NCBI GenBank assembly: GCA_036405975.1
Contig: DASWWM010000034.1
Location: 4,675 to 68,674, forward strand
Length of the DNA: 64,000 nucleotides
Direction: 5' to 3'
Source: Minisyncoccota bacterium
Lineage (GTDB): Bacteria > Patescibacteriota > Minisyncoccia > Phycocordibacterales > CAIZLB01
Both the position numbers and the translations under genes were made by a program. Within the stretch, counting starts at the first letter, position 1. The number at the start of each line of letters is the position of its first letter. Positions 43,285 through 52,194 of the stretch are shown piece by piece. The notes under the pieces were generated by a model, which saw only the letters and a program-made list of their open reading frames with translations, was not told where the DNA came from and searched no databases.

Positions 43285-44520
43285 ATGAAAGACTTGCAGA
43301 TCAAAAAACTGATTGAATCCGAAAAACGAAGGCAAAGATCAGTCATCAACCTGATCGCCTCAGAGAACTACTGCTCAAAGGATGCACTTGAGGCACTTGG
43401 TTCGGTCTTCGACAATAAGTATGCCGAAGGGTATCCTCATGCGAGATATTACGGAGGGAATCAGGTTGTGGACGAACTTGAGACGCTTGCTCAAATGCGA
43501 GCCATCAAGCTGTTCGGTCTTGATGCTGGCGAGCATAAAGATGCGAAGGCTCCGCTCAAAAGCAAATGGCATGTGAATGTGCAGCCTTGGTCTGGAGCCA
43601 ATGCGAACCTCGCTGCATATCTCGGCGCAGTTCCTGTCGGTTCAAAGATCATGGGCATGACTCTTTCTTCCGGAGGCCATCTCTCTCATGCTCAAAAAGT
43701 CTCAATCACTGGAAAAGTCTGGCAGCCTGTGCCATTCGTCGTGAATCCGACGACAGAGGTTCTTGACTATGACGAAGTTGAACGAATCGCAAAAGAAGAA
43801 AAGCCGGCACTCATCGTCGCGGGATTCACTGCATATCCTCGGCTTGTCGACTGGGCACGTTTTAGAAAGATTGCTGATGCATGCGGCGCTCTTCTCATGG
43901 TAGACATGTCGCATCTTGCCGGACTCATTGCGGGAAAGGCATATGCAAGCCCGTTCGCGTACGCGGACATCGTGACGACTACGACTCATAAGACGCTTCG
44001 GGGTCCGCGAGGGGCAATGATCTTTTCGCGAATCGACGAAAGGGAATTGAATAAAAAGATCGATAAGGCGCTATTCCCGGGTCTACAGGGGGGTCCTCAT
44101 GAAAGCCAGATTGCTGGTATTGCCGTTGCATTGAAAGAGGCAAGCGAAGCTTCATTCAAGACATATGCAAAGCAGGTTATAAAAAATGCGAAGACTCTAG
44201 CAAAGGAGCTTCAGAAGAAAGGCTGGCATATCGTATCAGGAGGAACTGATAGCCATATGGTTCTCGTGGACACGTGGATGGGTGGACAGAAGAATGAGAA
44301 GGGGGCTGGAGCTGTTCCGGGAAAAGTGGCTGAGCTTGCTCTTGAACAAGCTGGCATCATTTGCAATAAGAATACGGTTCCGGGCGAAAGCCGATCTCCA
44401 TTCGATCCATCTGGTATCCGACTCGGAACTCCGGCCGAGACGACTCGAGGAAAGAAGGAGGGCGACTTCGCAAAGATCGCCGAGAAGGTGGACCGGGTTC
44501 TTAGAGGGGTCAAGGCATAA
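43285..44520 (+). CDS. glyA: Serine hydroxymethyltransferase
   Basis: LIASENYCSKDALEALGSVFDNKYAEGYP is present. TTTTHKTLRGPRGAMIF is the PLP Lys motif. The start is taken at the internal Met (MKDLQIKKLIE), since the upstream part of the ORF-track entry lacks homology. Confidence 0.9.
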   Translation: MKDLQIKKLIESEKRRQRSVINLIASENYCSKDALEALGSVFDNKYAEGYPHARYYGGNQVVDELETLAQMRAIKLFGLDAGEHKDAKAPLKSKWHVNVQPWSGANANLAAYLGAVPVGSKIMGMTLSSGGHLSHAQKVSITGKVWQPVPFVVNPTTEVLDYDEVERIAKEEKPALIVAGFTAYPRLVDWARFRKIADACGALLMVDMSHLAGLIAGKAYASPFAYADIVTTTTHKTLRGPRGAMIFSRIDERELNKKIDKALFPGLQGGPHESQIAGIAVALKEASEASFKTYAKQVIKNAKTLAKELQKKGWHIVSGGTDSHMVLVDTWMGGQKNEKGAGAVPGKVAELALEQAGIICNKNTVPGESRSPFDPSGIRLGTPAETTRGKKEGDFAKIAEKVDRVLRGVKA

Positions 44521-44570
44521 GGCCTGAGACCGGAAAAAGAGGAAAAATACAAATACTTACGCGACATCAC

Positions 44571-45290
44571 ATGCTACAAAAAACTCAGAGACCTCTTCAT
44601 ATAGTCATCGAGGGAACGGATGGGTCCGGAAAGGCCACTCAGGTGAAAATCCTGAAGGAGCGATTCGCTTCAGAACTTGGCGAGGACAGCTGCACGACCA
44701 TCGACTTTCCGAGATATGGAACTCCTTCATGCCATTTCGTTGAAAAGTATCTGAATGGCGGATTTGGGACTGCGGAGGATGTTGGTCCGTATGCCGGATC
44801 GCTTTTGTATGCAGTCGATCGATATGACCATGCCCCTACCATCCGCAAGGACTTGGCCGAAGGCCGGCATGTGATCTGCGATCGGTACACGTCTGCGAAT
44901 ATGGGACATCAGGCGGGGAAGATCGACGATCTTGCTGAACGGGACAAGTATCTGGAATGGCTTGATCATACGGAGTTCAATCTTCTCGGGATCCCTCGGC
45001 CAGACCTCACCATTCTGTTATATGTAGATCCGGAAACAAATCAGAGGCTTATTGCCGCAAAAGATGACCGGGCATACTTGAAGGGGAAGAAAGCTGACAT
45101 TCATGAGGCCGACCTTGGGCACCTTCGAAAATCAAGCGAAGCGTTCCTGTATGTTGCAAAAAAATACGGATGGATCGTCGTCGACTGCGCTCCAAAGACT
45201 GAGGAATTCCCGGACGGAAGTCTCTTGTCACGGGAAATGATACATGAGATAGTCTGGAGGGAGATTCAGAAAAAAGTATTAGCAGAATAA
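44571..45290 (+). CDS. tmk: Thymidylate kinase
   Basis: The P-loop is IVIEGTDGSGKATQ. DRYTSANMGHQ (DRY motif) and a LID region are present. The protein is 239 aa. Confidence 0.85.
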   Translation: MLQKTQRPLHIVIEGTDGSGKATQVKILKERFASELGEDSCTTIDFPRYGTPSCHFVEKYLNGGFGTAEDVGPYAGSLLYAVDRYDHAPTIRKDLAEGRHVICDRYTSANMGHQAGKIDDLAERDKYLEWLDHTEFNLLGIPRPDLTILLYVDPETNQRLIAAKDDRAYLKGKKADIHEADLGHLRKSSEAFLYVAKKYGWIVVDCAPKTEEFPDGSLLSREMIHEIVWREIQKKVLAE

Positions 45291-45303
45291 CGCATAAAAC
45301 AAT

Positions 45304-45639
45304 ATGACACTCATGCAATGGCTTATCTCGACTATCGTAATCATCGTCGCGGCGATGCTGGTTCCGGGAGTCACGACTACGCTTGTTGGAGCAATCCTTC
45401 TTGCGGTAGTTCTCGCGATCATCAACCTCTTTATCCGACCGTTCATCTTTGTGCTCACGCTGCCTGTGAACGTCCTGACGCTCGGGCTCTTCTCGCTCGT
45501 CATCAATGCGCTGCTTGTTATGCTCGCAGCGGAAGTGGTGCCGGGATTCGCAGTCAGCGGATTCTGGACGGCGCTCATCTTCTCCGTTGTCCTCGCGCTC
45601 ATCAATGCCGTCTTCGGTACGTATCACCGAAAGGCTTAA
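45304..45639 (+). CDS. DUF360 / phage-holin-4_2-family small membrane protein (YvlD-like)
   Basis: A 111 aa protein with three or four TM helices. LTLPVNVLTLGLFSLVINALLVMLAAEVVPGFAVSGFW is typical of this family. A terminator lies at 45661-45697. Confidence 0.6.
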   Translation: MTLMQWLISTIVIIVAAMLVPGVTTTLVGAILLAVVLAIINLFIRPFIFVLTLPVNVLTLGLFSLVINALLVMLAAEVVPGFAVSGFWTALIFSVVLALINAVFGTYHRKA

Positions 45640-45776
45640 GCTGAAAATCGGTTAGCAAGCGAAAAGCGCCCTTCGATCTGAGGGGCGCTTTTCTATTGAC
45701 TATTTTCCGAGGCGTTGTACTCTTTGATCCGGCTTAAGAACATATAACAATCGACAAAAAGAAAGGAACCGAAAGA

Positions 45777-46466
45777 GTGAGAGCGTTTATCTCGATGGAA
45801 AATGTCCAGAAAAGGGCAGGAATCATATTTGGCGAAAACAATGAACGGATGGGGCTTGCAAAGGTCTTCATGCATCTGAACTTCAGGGTCACCTCGCTGC
45901 AGAGGACAATCCGCAAGCGTGATATCGATATTGCTAGCAGGCAATGTGCGCAAGTGTTCGCGTGGATTGCAGGAGTGGCGAATCTTGCTGAACTGGGAAT
46001 CAATCTGTACCAGAGCCTGCTCGACCGTTACCCTGGCGTCTGTCCGTATTGCGGCGACTCGCCGCATACGTGCGGCACAAAGCGTCCCGATTCTAGATTA
46101 CCAACTGATATTCTGGCACATTTCAGAAATTCTCTTCCGGACGATATTGATGCGCAGTTGATGCTCTACAATATTTATCCCGAGAATGTCCTTGCGGAAT
46201 GCGTCGAGCATCTTATCGAAGAATCAGGGGAGCTCGGTCAGGCAATTTCTCAGGAGTCTCCTGCGGAAATTGAAATAGAGCTCGTGGACATGTTGGCACA
46301 TCTGTGCGGCATTGCCAGCATCTTGGGCTTCAACCTGCTCGACCAGGTTTTGGTCGAGTACCAAGAGGGGTGCACTGGATGCGGCAAGGCCCCATGCAAG
46401 TGCATCCAGTTTCACCAGTGCAAGGTAGGGTCCATCTCTTTGGGGGAATCTGATGCGTGCTCCTAA
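45777..46466 (+). CDS. MazG-like all-alpha NTP pyrophosphohydrolase domain protein with two CxxC zinc-ribbon-like motifs (tentative)
   Basis: LIEESGELGQAISQESPAEIEIELVDMLAHLCGIASILGFNL fits the MazG EExxE...ELxDxL pattern. CPYCGDSPHTC and CTGCGKAPCKC are also present. A terminator hairpin lies at 46492-46526. Confidence 0.4.
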   Translation: MRAFISMENVQKRAGIIFGENNERMGLAKVFMHLNFRVTSLQRTIRKRDIDIASRQCAQVFAWIAGVANLAELGINLYQSLLDRYPGVCPYCGDSPHTCGTKRPDSRLPTDILAHFRNSLPDDIDAQLMLYNIYPENVLAECVEHLIEESGELGQAISQESPAEIEIELVDMLAHLCGIASILGFNLLDQVLVEYQEGCTGCGKAPCKCIQFHQCKVGSISLGESDACS

Positions 46467-46550
46467 GAGTTCGTTCCAGTCGGTGTCATGCGCGGCGCCT
46501 CACGTTTTTGTGAGGCGCCGCTTTTCATGCTATATATAGGTTACATTCAT

Positions 46551-48398
46551 ATGAAAAACCTCATTAAAAATGCCATCGATAGGGCGGTTTCGGATACGGG
46601 CTGCACGGAGTCAGTTTCTTTTGTCATCGAGCGGCCAGCCGATATGTCTCATGGAGACTATGCCACAAACGTCGCCATGGTTCTCGGTCCGAAGCTCAAG
46701 CGGTCTCCCGTATCCGTCGCTATCGACATCGTCGAAAAACTGAAAGCCGAGATCTCATTGGAAGAAAGCGAACTCGGTCGCGCACTTCAAGGGGCTGAAG
46801 TCGCGGGTCCTGGTTTCATCAACTTGAAGCTCAGAGCCGAAGTTCATCAAAGGGAGATTTCAGAAATAGTATCGAAGGGGGGTGCGTACGGATCACACCG
46901 GTCTCTTGCCGGACAAAAGATGGCATTCGAATATACGGATCCGAATCCTTTCAAGGTTTTTCATATTGGCCATCTCATGGCGAATACGGTAGGAGAGGCG
47001 CTCTCGAGAATTGCCGGAAAGAACGGTGCAGACATTAAGCGATACTGCTATCAGGGCGATGTCGGAAGGCATGTGGCACTCACGATCTGGGGCCTCAGAT
47101 TTTTGAATCAGGATCTGCCAAACGATGATGCGTCGGTCTCAGAGAAAGTCGCATACTTCGGAAAGTCATATGCCCTCGGCGCTACGGAGTATAAGCGACT
47201 TGAAGATGAAGCAAAGAAGAATGGCGAAGTCGATGCGACTGACAGGCCTACTTCAAAAGCATTTCTTGAAGCTGACGAAGAGGTCCAGCTCATCAATAAG
47301 AAAATCTACGATCGAAGCGATGCTGAAATCAATGAGCTCTACGATGTCGGAAAGGAGTGGAGCCTTGAGCATTTCGAAGAGCTCTATGCGATTCTCGATA
47401 CCAAGTTCGACAGGTATTTCTTCGAAAGCCAGACTGCTCCTATCGGCATCGAAATTATCAAGGCGAACACTGCGCCAAACGGCAAGGGCGTATTTGAGGA
47501 AAGCAACGGGGCTGTCATTTTCCCTGGAGAAAAGTACGGCCTGCATACGCGAGTCTTTCTTACGCGAAACGGTCTTCCCGGATACGAGGCAAAGGAGATA
47601 GGCTTGGTCAAATACAAATACGAGGCCGAGCCGTATGACAGGTCTATAATTGTCACAGCAAATGAGCAGGACGGATATTTCAAGGTTGTCATGAAGGCTG
47701 CCGAATTTATCTTTCCGGATATCGCCGCGAAGAACAGCCATGTATCTCATGGCATGCTTAGGCTGACGACAGGAAAAATGTCTTCGCGAACCGGAGATGT
47801 CATCACGGGCGAATCTCTGCTTGCATCCATGACTGAGCTTTCATTGGAGAAGATGAAGGAACGGGAGATTTCGGATGAAGAAAAGAAGAGCGTTGCGGAA
47901 GCTGTAGCCGTTGCTGCGATTAAGTATACGATCCTCAGACAGGCGACAGGGAAGGACGTCATCTTCGATCCTGAGAAATCACTTTCATTCGAAGGCGACT
48001 CAGGTCCATACCTCCAATACTCATGCGTCCGAGCCGCATCACTTATCGAGAAGGCGAGAGCTGCTAATATCCCTGAGTACGTCTTTGTGCCAGGCGCAGC
48101 GGCTCCGTCATCGGCATCCGGGACCGCCGTTTTTTCCGCACAGCAGGACAAGCTTGAAAGGCTTTTGGGCAGATTCCCTGAAGTTACTGAAAGGGCTTGG
48201 ACGGATATGGCCCCGCATCATATCGCGAACTATCTCATGGAACTGGCAGGATCATTCAACTCCTTCTATGCGTCTACGCAGGTTATAAAGGAAGGGGATG
48301 CTGCTTCTGCGTACAAGGTGGCACTGGTAAGGGCGTTTTCAATAGTGATGAAAAGCGGGCTCAATGTCCTTGGAATCAAGGTTCCATCAAAGATGTAG
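46551..48398 (+). CDS. argS: Arginyl-tRNA synthetase
   Basis: The N-terminal add-1 domain, FEYTDPNPFKVFHIGHLMANTVGEA (HIGH), GKMSSRTGDVI (KMSKS variant) and a DALR-like C-terminus are present. The start is at the internal Met 46551, after the upstream terminator. Confidence 0.9.
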   Translation: MKNLIKNAIDRAVSDTGCTESVSFVIERPADMSHGDYATNVAMVLGPKLKRSPVSVAIDIVEKLKAEISLEESELGRALQGAEVAGPGFINLKLRAEVHQREISEIVSKGGAYGSHRSLAGQKMAFEYTDPNPFKVFHIGHLMANTVGEALSRIAGKNGADIKRYCYQGDVGRHVALTIWGLRFLNQDLPNDDASVSEKVAYFGKSYALGATEYKRLEDEAKKNGEVDATDRPTSKAFLEADEEVQLINKKIYDRSDAEINELYDVGKEWSLEHFEELYAILDTKFDRYFFESQTAPIGIEIIKANTAPNGKGVFEESNGAVIFPGEKYGLHTRVFLTRNGLPGYEAKEIGLVKYKYEAEPYDRSIIVTANEQDGYFKVVMKAAEFIFPDIAAKNSHVSHGMLRLTTGKMSSRTGDVITGESLLASMTELSLEKMKEREISDEEKKSVAEAVAVAAIKYTILRQATGKDVIFDPEKSLSFEGDSGPYLQYSCVRAASLIEKARAANIPEYVFVPGAAAPSSASGTAVFSAQQDKLERLLGRFPEVTERAWTDMAPHHIANYLMELAGSFNSFYASTQVIKEGDAASAYKVALVRAFSIVMKSGLNVLGIKVPSKM

Positions 48399-48542
48399 GG
48401 CAAGATCGGTTGTAAAATGGAAAGGGAGAAAAAGGCCTCGCCGGCGCATGTGGATAGGAGTCGGCAAGGCCTTTTTGCGTCATAGTACAATTAAGAACGT
48501 AATCACTCATTACGCTTATTAATTCTATTCCTTACCAAATTC

Positions 48543-50528
48543 ATGCAGAAATTTAGAAAAATTGCGGTAACGGCGATCTTCGCTTGCGCATTGGCGTTTG
48601 CGGGATCCTCTCCGGCTCCAGCGGCAGCGGCGACATGCGTTGATCTGCAGGCCAATATCCGGGTAGGAGACAAGGGTGCGAATGTCGCGAGTCTCCAGAC
48701 TTTCCTTTCGGAGCAGGGATTCCTCAAGGCAAAGGTTGATGGCTCTTATGGTCCTCAGACAAAGGCCGCTGTCCTTGCCTTTCAGGCAACGAGAAACCTG
48801 GTATCCGATCCAGCCGGATTTATTGGCGCGGGATCGAGAGCCCAGATCAAGGCTATCTCATGCGGAGGCACGGTAACTCCTGTGAATCCCGGCACGACTG
48901 CCCCGACTCAGCCGGGTACTTCGTATTTGCAGCCAAACATTGCGGTCTGCCAGCCCGGAATGCTCTTCAATACGGCAACGGGGCAGCCTTGCGTATCGTC
49001 TTCATCGGTGACTCCTTATACGAATATTCCTGGTTGTACCGCCACTTCGCTGTTCAGCATCGTGACAGGCCAGCGATGTGACGGGACTCAGAGCCAGACT
49101 CCGTCACAGACCGTTCTTCCTGCCGGATGTTTTCCCGGTTCACTTTTCAGCATCGTAACGGGTCTTCCGTGCTCGTCAAATAATTCTCAGACGCCTTTTA
49201 TTCCCGATACCGGAACCCCATATAACCAGAAGCCCGATCTCAGGATTACTGATGTCGTCTGTACGCCCTCATCGATCCGCGTGGGCGACAGGGTAAACTG
49301 CGACGTGTCGATAGAAAATAACAGCTCGGTAAATATCGACAGCTCATTCAATGTCGAGGTTCTCGGCGTGATCAAGACCGTTCCTTCTCCGCTCTATGCA
49401 TGGATGAAGCAGACCGTCTCGATTCCGGGGGCTTTCAGCCTTGGCACTACCGGATTCACGACTGTGAACTTCAGAATCGATTCGAGCGGAACCGTTGATG
49501 AGATCAATGAATCCAATAACACGTACAACAAGTCGTTTTATGCCAACGCTGCTGTAATTCCGGACCTCTCGCTGAATCACGCCTCTCCTACATGTCCTTA
49601 CACGTTCGGAGCAGACCTGTCTGTTGGCTCTTCAGGAAATGATGTGATTGCCCTGCAGAATATTCTCAAGTCACTCCTGTACTATTCCGGAAATTCTCAT
49701 GGATACTTCAATGATGCGGTAAAGGCCGCGGTCAGTGCATTCCAGTCGGCCAAAGGTATAACTCCGGCTGACGGCAATGTCGGTGCCGTGACAAGGGCCT
49801 CGCTCGGTGCCTCCTGCACGGGAACGGGCGGGTCTCTCTCGCTTACGCTCGCGGCAAATGTGAGCGCGACCACTGGATATCAACTCGCGCCCATCACCGT
49901 CAGCTGGACAGGGACCAATGTGATCAGCTCTTCGGTCATGACCGTCGAGCTCATCAAGGCTTCAGACAGCTCGGCTGTTGCCGGCGTCAAGACAACGGCA
50001 AAATATAGCGCGGGCAGCATTGCTGTCACGCTTCCGGCCACTCTTCCTGCTGGTCAGTACAGGTTTGCGGTCAGCACCCCTGTCTCCGGAGGATCGCTCA
50101 GGGCCGTGACGCCAGTCTTCGCAGTTCCTGAAGCCGGTGCGGTTATAAGCGCAAATGGCGCTCATGCGATCGTTGCGGAGGGTCCGAGCACGAAGAATAC
50201 GGGCCTTGTCGCCACATTCAATCTCACAGTCAAGGCGCAAGGCGTCAATATAGGCCTCCTTGCGGCTGCCGACATAGGAGTTGTGTTCATCGGCCCTAAC
50301 GGAGAGGTGATCAACGATGACAGCGTTGCGGTGGTCACGAATCCGAGCCGGACGATTTCAAGCGGGCAATCCGCTCAAGTCACGATCACTTCGAAGGTTG
50401 CTGCATCCAAGATTTCCGCGAGTGGCGCCTGGAAGGCTGATCTTCGAAGCGTGCGATGGGGCACATCCGCGCAGACTGCCCAGTATGTAGGAATCCATAC
50501 TACGCCTACGGTCACGTTCACGAAGTAG
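48543..50528 (+). CDS. Secreted surface protein with two peptidoglycan-binding (PG_binding_1-like) modules, three Cys-bracketed short repeats and a CARDB-like domain
   Basis: Signal peptide. The modules VGDKGANVASLQTFLSEQGFL...DGSYGPQTKAAVLAFQ and GSSGNDVIALQNILKS...GYFNDAVKAAVSAFQ are PG-binding-like. The repeats are CQPGMLFNTATGQPC, CTATSLFSIVTGQRC and CFPGSLFSIVTGLPC. PDLRITDVVCTP...DEINESNNTY is CARDB-like. Confidence 0.6.
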   Translation: MQKFRKIAVTAIFACALAFAGSSPAPAAAATCVDLQANIRVGDKGANVASLQTFLSEQGFLKAKVDGSYGPQTKAAVLAFQATRNLVSDPAGFIGAGSRAQIKAISCGGTVTPVNPGTTAPTQPGTSYLQPNIAVCQPGMLFNTATGQPCVSSSSVTPYTNIPGCTATSLFSIVTGQRCDGTQSQTPSQTVLPAGCFPGSLFSIVTGLPCSSNNSQTPFIPDTGTPYNQKPDLRITDVVCTPSSIRVGDRVNCDVSIENNSSVNIDSSFNVEVLGVIKTVPSPLYAWMKQTVSIPGAFSLGTTGFTTVNFRIDSSGTVDEINESNNTYNKSFYANAAVIPDLSLNHASPTCPYTFGADLSVGSSGNDVIALQNILKSLLYYSGNSHGYFNDAVKAAVSAFQSAKGITPADGNVGAVTRASLGASCTGTGGSLSLTLAANVSATTGYQLAPITVSWTGTNVISSSVMTVELIKASDSSAVAGVKTTAKYSAGSIAVTLPATLPAGQYRFAVSTPVSGGSLRAVTPVFAVPEAGAVISANGAHAIVAEGPSTKNTGLVATFNLTVKAQGVNIGLLAAADIGVVFIGPNGEVINDDSVAVVTNPSRTISSGQSAQVTITSKVAASKISASGAWKADLRSVRWGTSAQTAQYVGIHTTPTVTFTK

Positions 50529-50609
50529 GCTTTGTTTCCAGCCGAATCATCAAAGCCCGCCGTCCGGCATCGGACGGCGGGCTTTACGATTGCCAGAACG
50601 GGATTCATA

Positions 50610-50638
50610 TTGCATTCATACCGCTTTGATACTATATT
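50610..50638 (+). promoter_or_regulatory. Sigma-70-like promoter upstream of trhO
   Basis: TTGCAT (50610-15), a 17 nt spacer, then TATATT (50633-38). Confidence 0.4.
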
Positions 50639-50714
50639 AGGGTTAATTATATAAGGCTTATCTGAGCCTGTGCACTATATAAGTATTAGAAGGTTAAAAT
50701 ACATATATACGCCC

Positions 50715-51785
50715 ATGACTGAGGCTGCTCAAAACCCATACGAAATAATCCTGTACTACAAGTACGTCGACCTTGCTGATCCGCAAGGCTTTGTTGATTG
50801 GCATAAGGCTGTCTGTGCAAACCTCAACCTCAAAGGAAGGGTCCTCATTGCGAAAGAGGGAATCAATGGAACGCTCGAAGGGCGAGTGGAAGATACGGCA
50901 GAGTATTGCCGACTCATGCATCTTCAGGACGGTTCAGAGGGAACGTTTGCAGACTTCAGCGATGTCGTATTCAAGCGAAGTCCTGGAACGGGAGTCGCTT
51001 TCCCGAAGCTCAAGGTAAAGCTTCGAGACGAAGTGGTTTCCCTCAAGCTCTCTCACGGTTCGGATGTGAATCCAAATGAAACGACGGGCATTCATCTCAA
51101 GGCAGAAGACCTAAAAAAATGGTATGAGACAGGCGAGGACTTCCTCATCGTCGATATGAGAAATGACTACGAATACAAAGTGGGGCATTTTGAAGGATCG
51201 ATCAATCCTAAAATGACAAACTTCCGAGACCTTCCCGACGTCCTTCCGGCACTTGAAGAAGTTAAAAAGGCTTCGCTTGAAGGAAAGAAAATCATCACGG
51301 TCTGTACGGGAGGAATTCGATGCGAAAAGGCGTCAGGCTTTCTGATGAAGAACGGATTCGAGAATGTGTACCAGCTCGATGGGGGGATGCATACATATAT
51401 GGAGAAATTCCCAGGTCAGGATTTCAACGGCGCTCTCTATGTATTCGATGGGCGAGAAACGATGGCATTCACCGATGACCGGCAGATTATCGGAAGGTGC
51501 ATCGCATGCGATACGGCTACTGAGCAGTTCACGAATTGCGCGCATATCAGATGTCATGCAAAGACTCTCATCTGCGGTCCCTGCATCAAGAAATCTCTTG
51601 CAGAAGCTCGGACCCTTGTCGAGGAAAATCCCGCATTCGGTCCCGTAGTGAACAAGATCCTGACTGAAGAGACGAGCGCATTTGTATTCTGCTCTGACGA
51701 ATGCCGCGCTGCGGCCATGGAAAGAATTGAGAAGGCTGCGAAGGCATCTTCTGCGGTGCCTGTTGCAGCGATTGTCGGTGCATAA
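50715..51785 (+). CDS. trhO: Rhodanese-domain tRNA uridine(34) hydroxylase TrhO (YceA/UPF0176)
   Basis: ILYYKYVDLADPQGFVDWHKAVCANLNLKGRVLIAKEGINGTLEG is the UPF0176 N-terminus. The rhodanese catalytic Cys is in TVCTGGIRCEKA, and there is a C-terminal Cys-rich tail. Confidence 0.8.
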   Translation: MTEAAQNPYEIILYYKYVDLADPQGFVDWHKAVCANLNLKGRVLIAKEGINGTLEGRVEDTAEYCRLMHLQDGSEGTFADFSDVVFKRSPGTGVAFPKLKVKLRDEVVSLKLSHGSDVNPNETTGIHLKAEDLKKWYETGEDFLIVDMRNDYEYKVGHFEGSINPKMTNFRDLPDVLPALEEVKKASLEGKKIITVCTGGIRCEKASGFLMKNGFENVYQLDGGMHTYMEKFPGQDFNGALYVFDGRETMAFTDDRQIIGRCIACDTATEQFTNCAHIRCHAKTLICGPCIKKSLAEARTLVEENPAFGPVVNKILTEETSAFVFCSDECRAAAMERIEKAAKASSAVPVAAIVGA

Positions 51786-52194
51786 TTTGACTCTTTGGGA
51801 TTCAAGGAGCAGAATGATATTCCAGAAGGCCCTTTGACTGTCAGCTCACGCTGCGGAAGGTTCCATCGCAACCAACAACTTGGAGGCTCGTTAACAACAT
51901 GAGTGAAGTTCCGAAGAATGCTACCGTTAAACGTCTGCGGCCATGGCGCCGAATCCAGTGTGCACCGTCTCGTGGTCCGTATTGGCCGCGGATCAGGCTT
52001 ATTGTCACGCGATCTCGTCTTGGCAGGTTCTCGTCTAACTAAGCGTTCTCTCACATGTGTTATAGGCCGCCAGCATTCCGCTGGCGGCCTTTTCTATTGC
52101 CACAAATGCCCAAAGTGCTACTATATTTTTATTGCACGGACGAGCCATAAAAAGCAGGCCATGCAGCTTTAGAAAATAACAACCAAATAAGAAA
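51786..52194 (+). promoter_or_regulatory. Long (about 400 nt) ileS leader with candidate promoter and an intrinsic terminator hairpin about 100 nt before the ATG (attenuator / T-box-like candidate)
   Basis: TTGACT at 51787-92 is a possible -35. The terminator aggccgccagc-attcc-gctggcggcct plus ttttc lies at 52065-52098. No clean T-box consensus (GGGTGGNACCGCG) was found; the nearest is gtggtccgtattggccgcgg at 51979-51998. Confidence 0.35.

Noticed and set aside
51979-51998. T-box antiterminator consensus in the ileS leader
   Set aside because: gtggtccgtattggccgcgg only loosely resembles GGGTGGNACCGCGG, and no specifier loop was identified. It is reported only as a generic terminator-containing leader.
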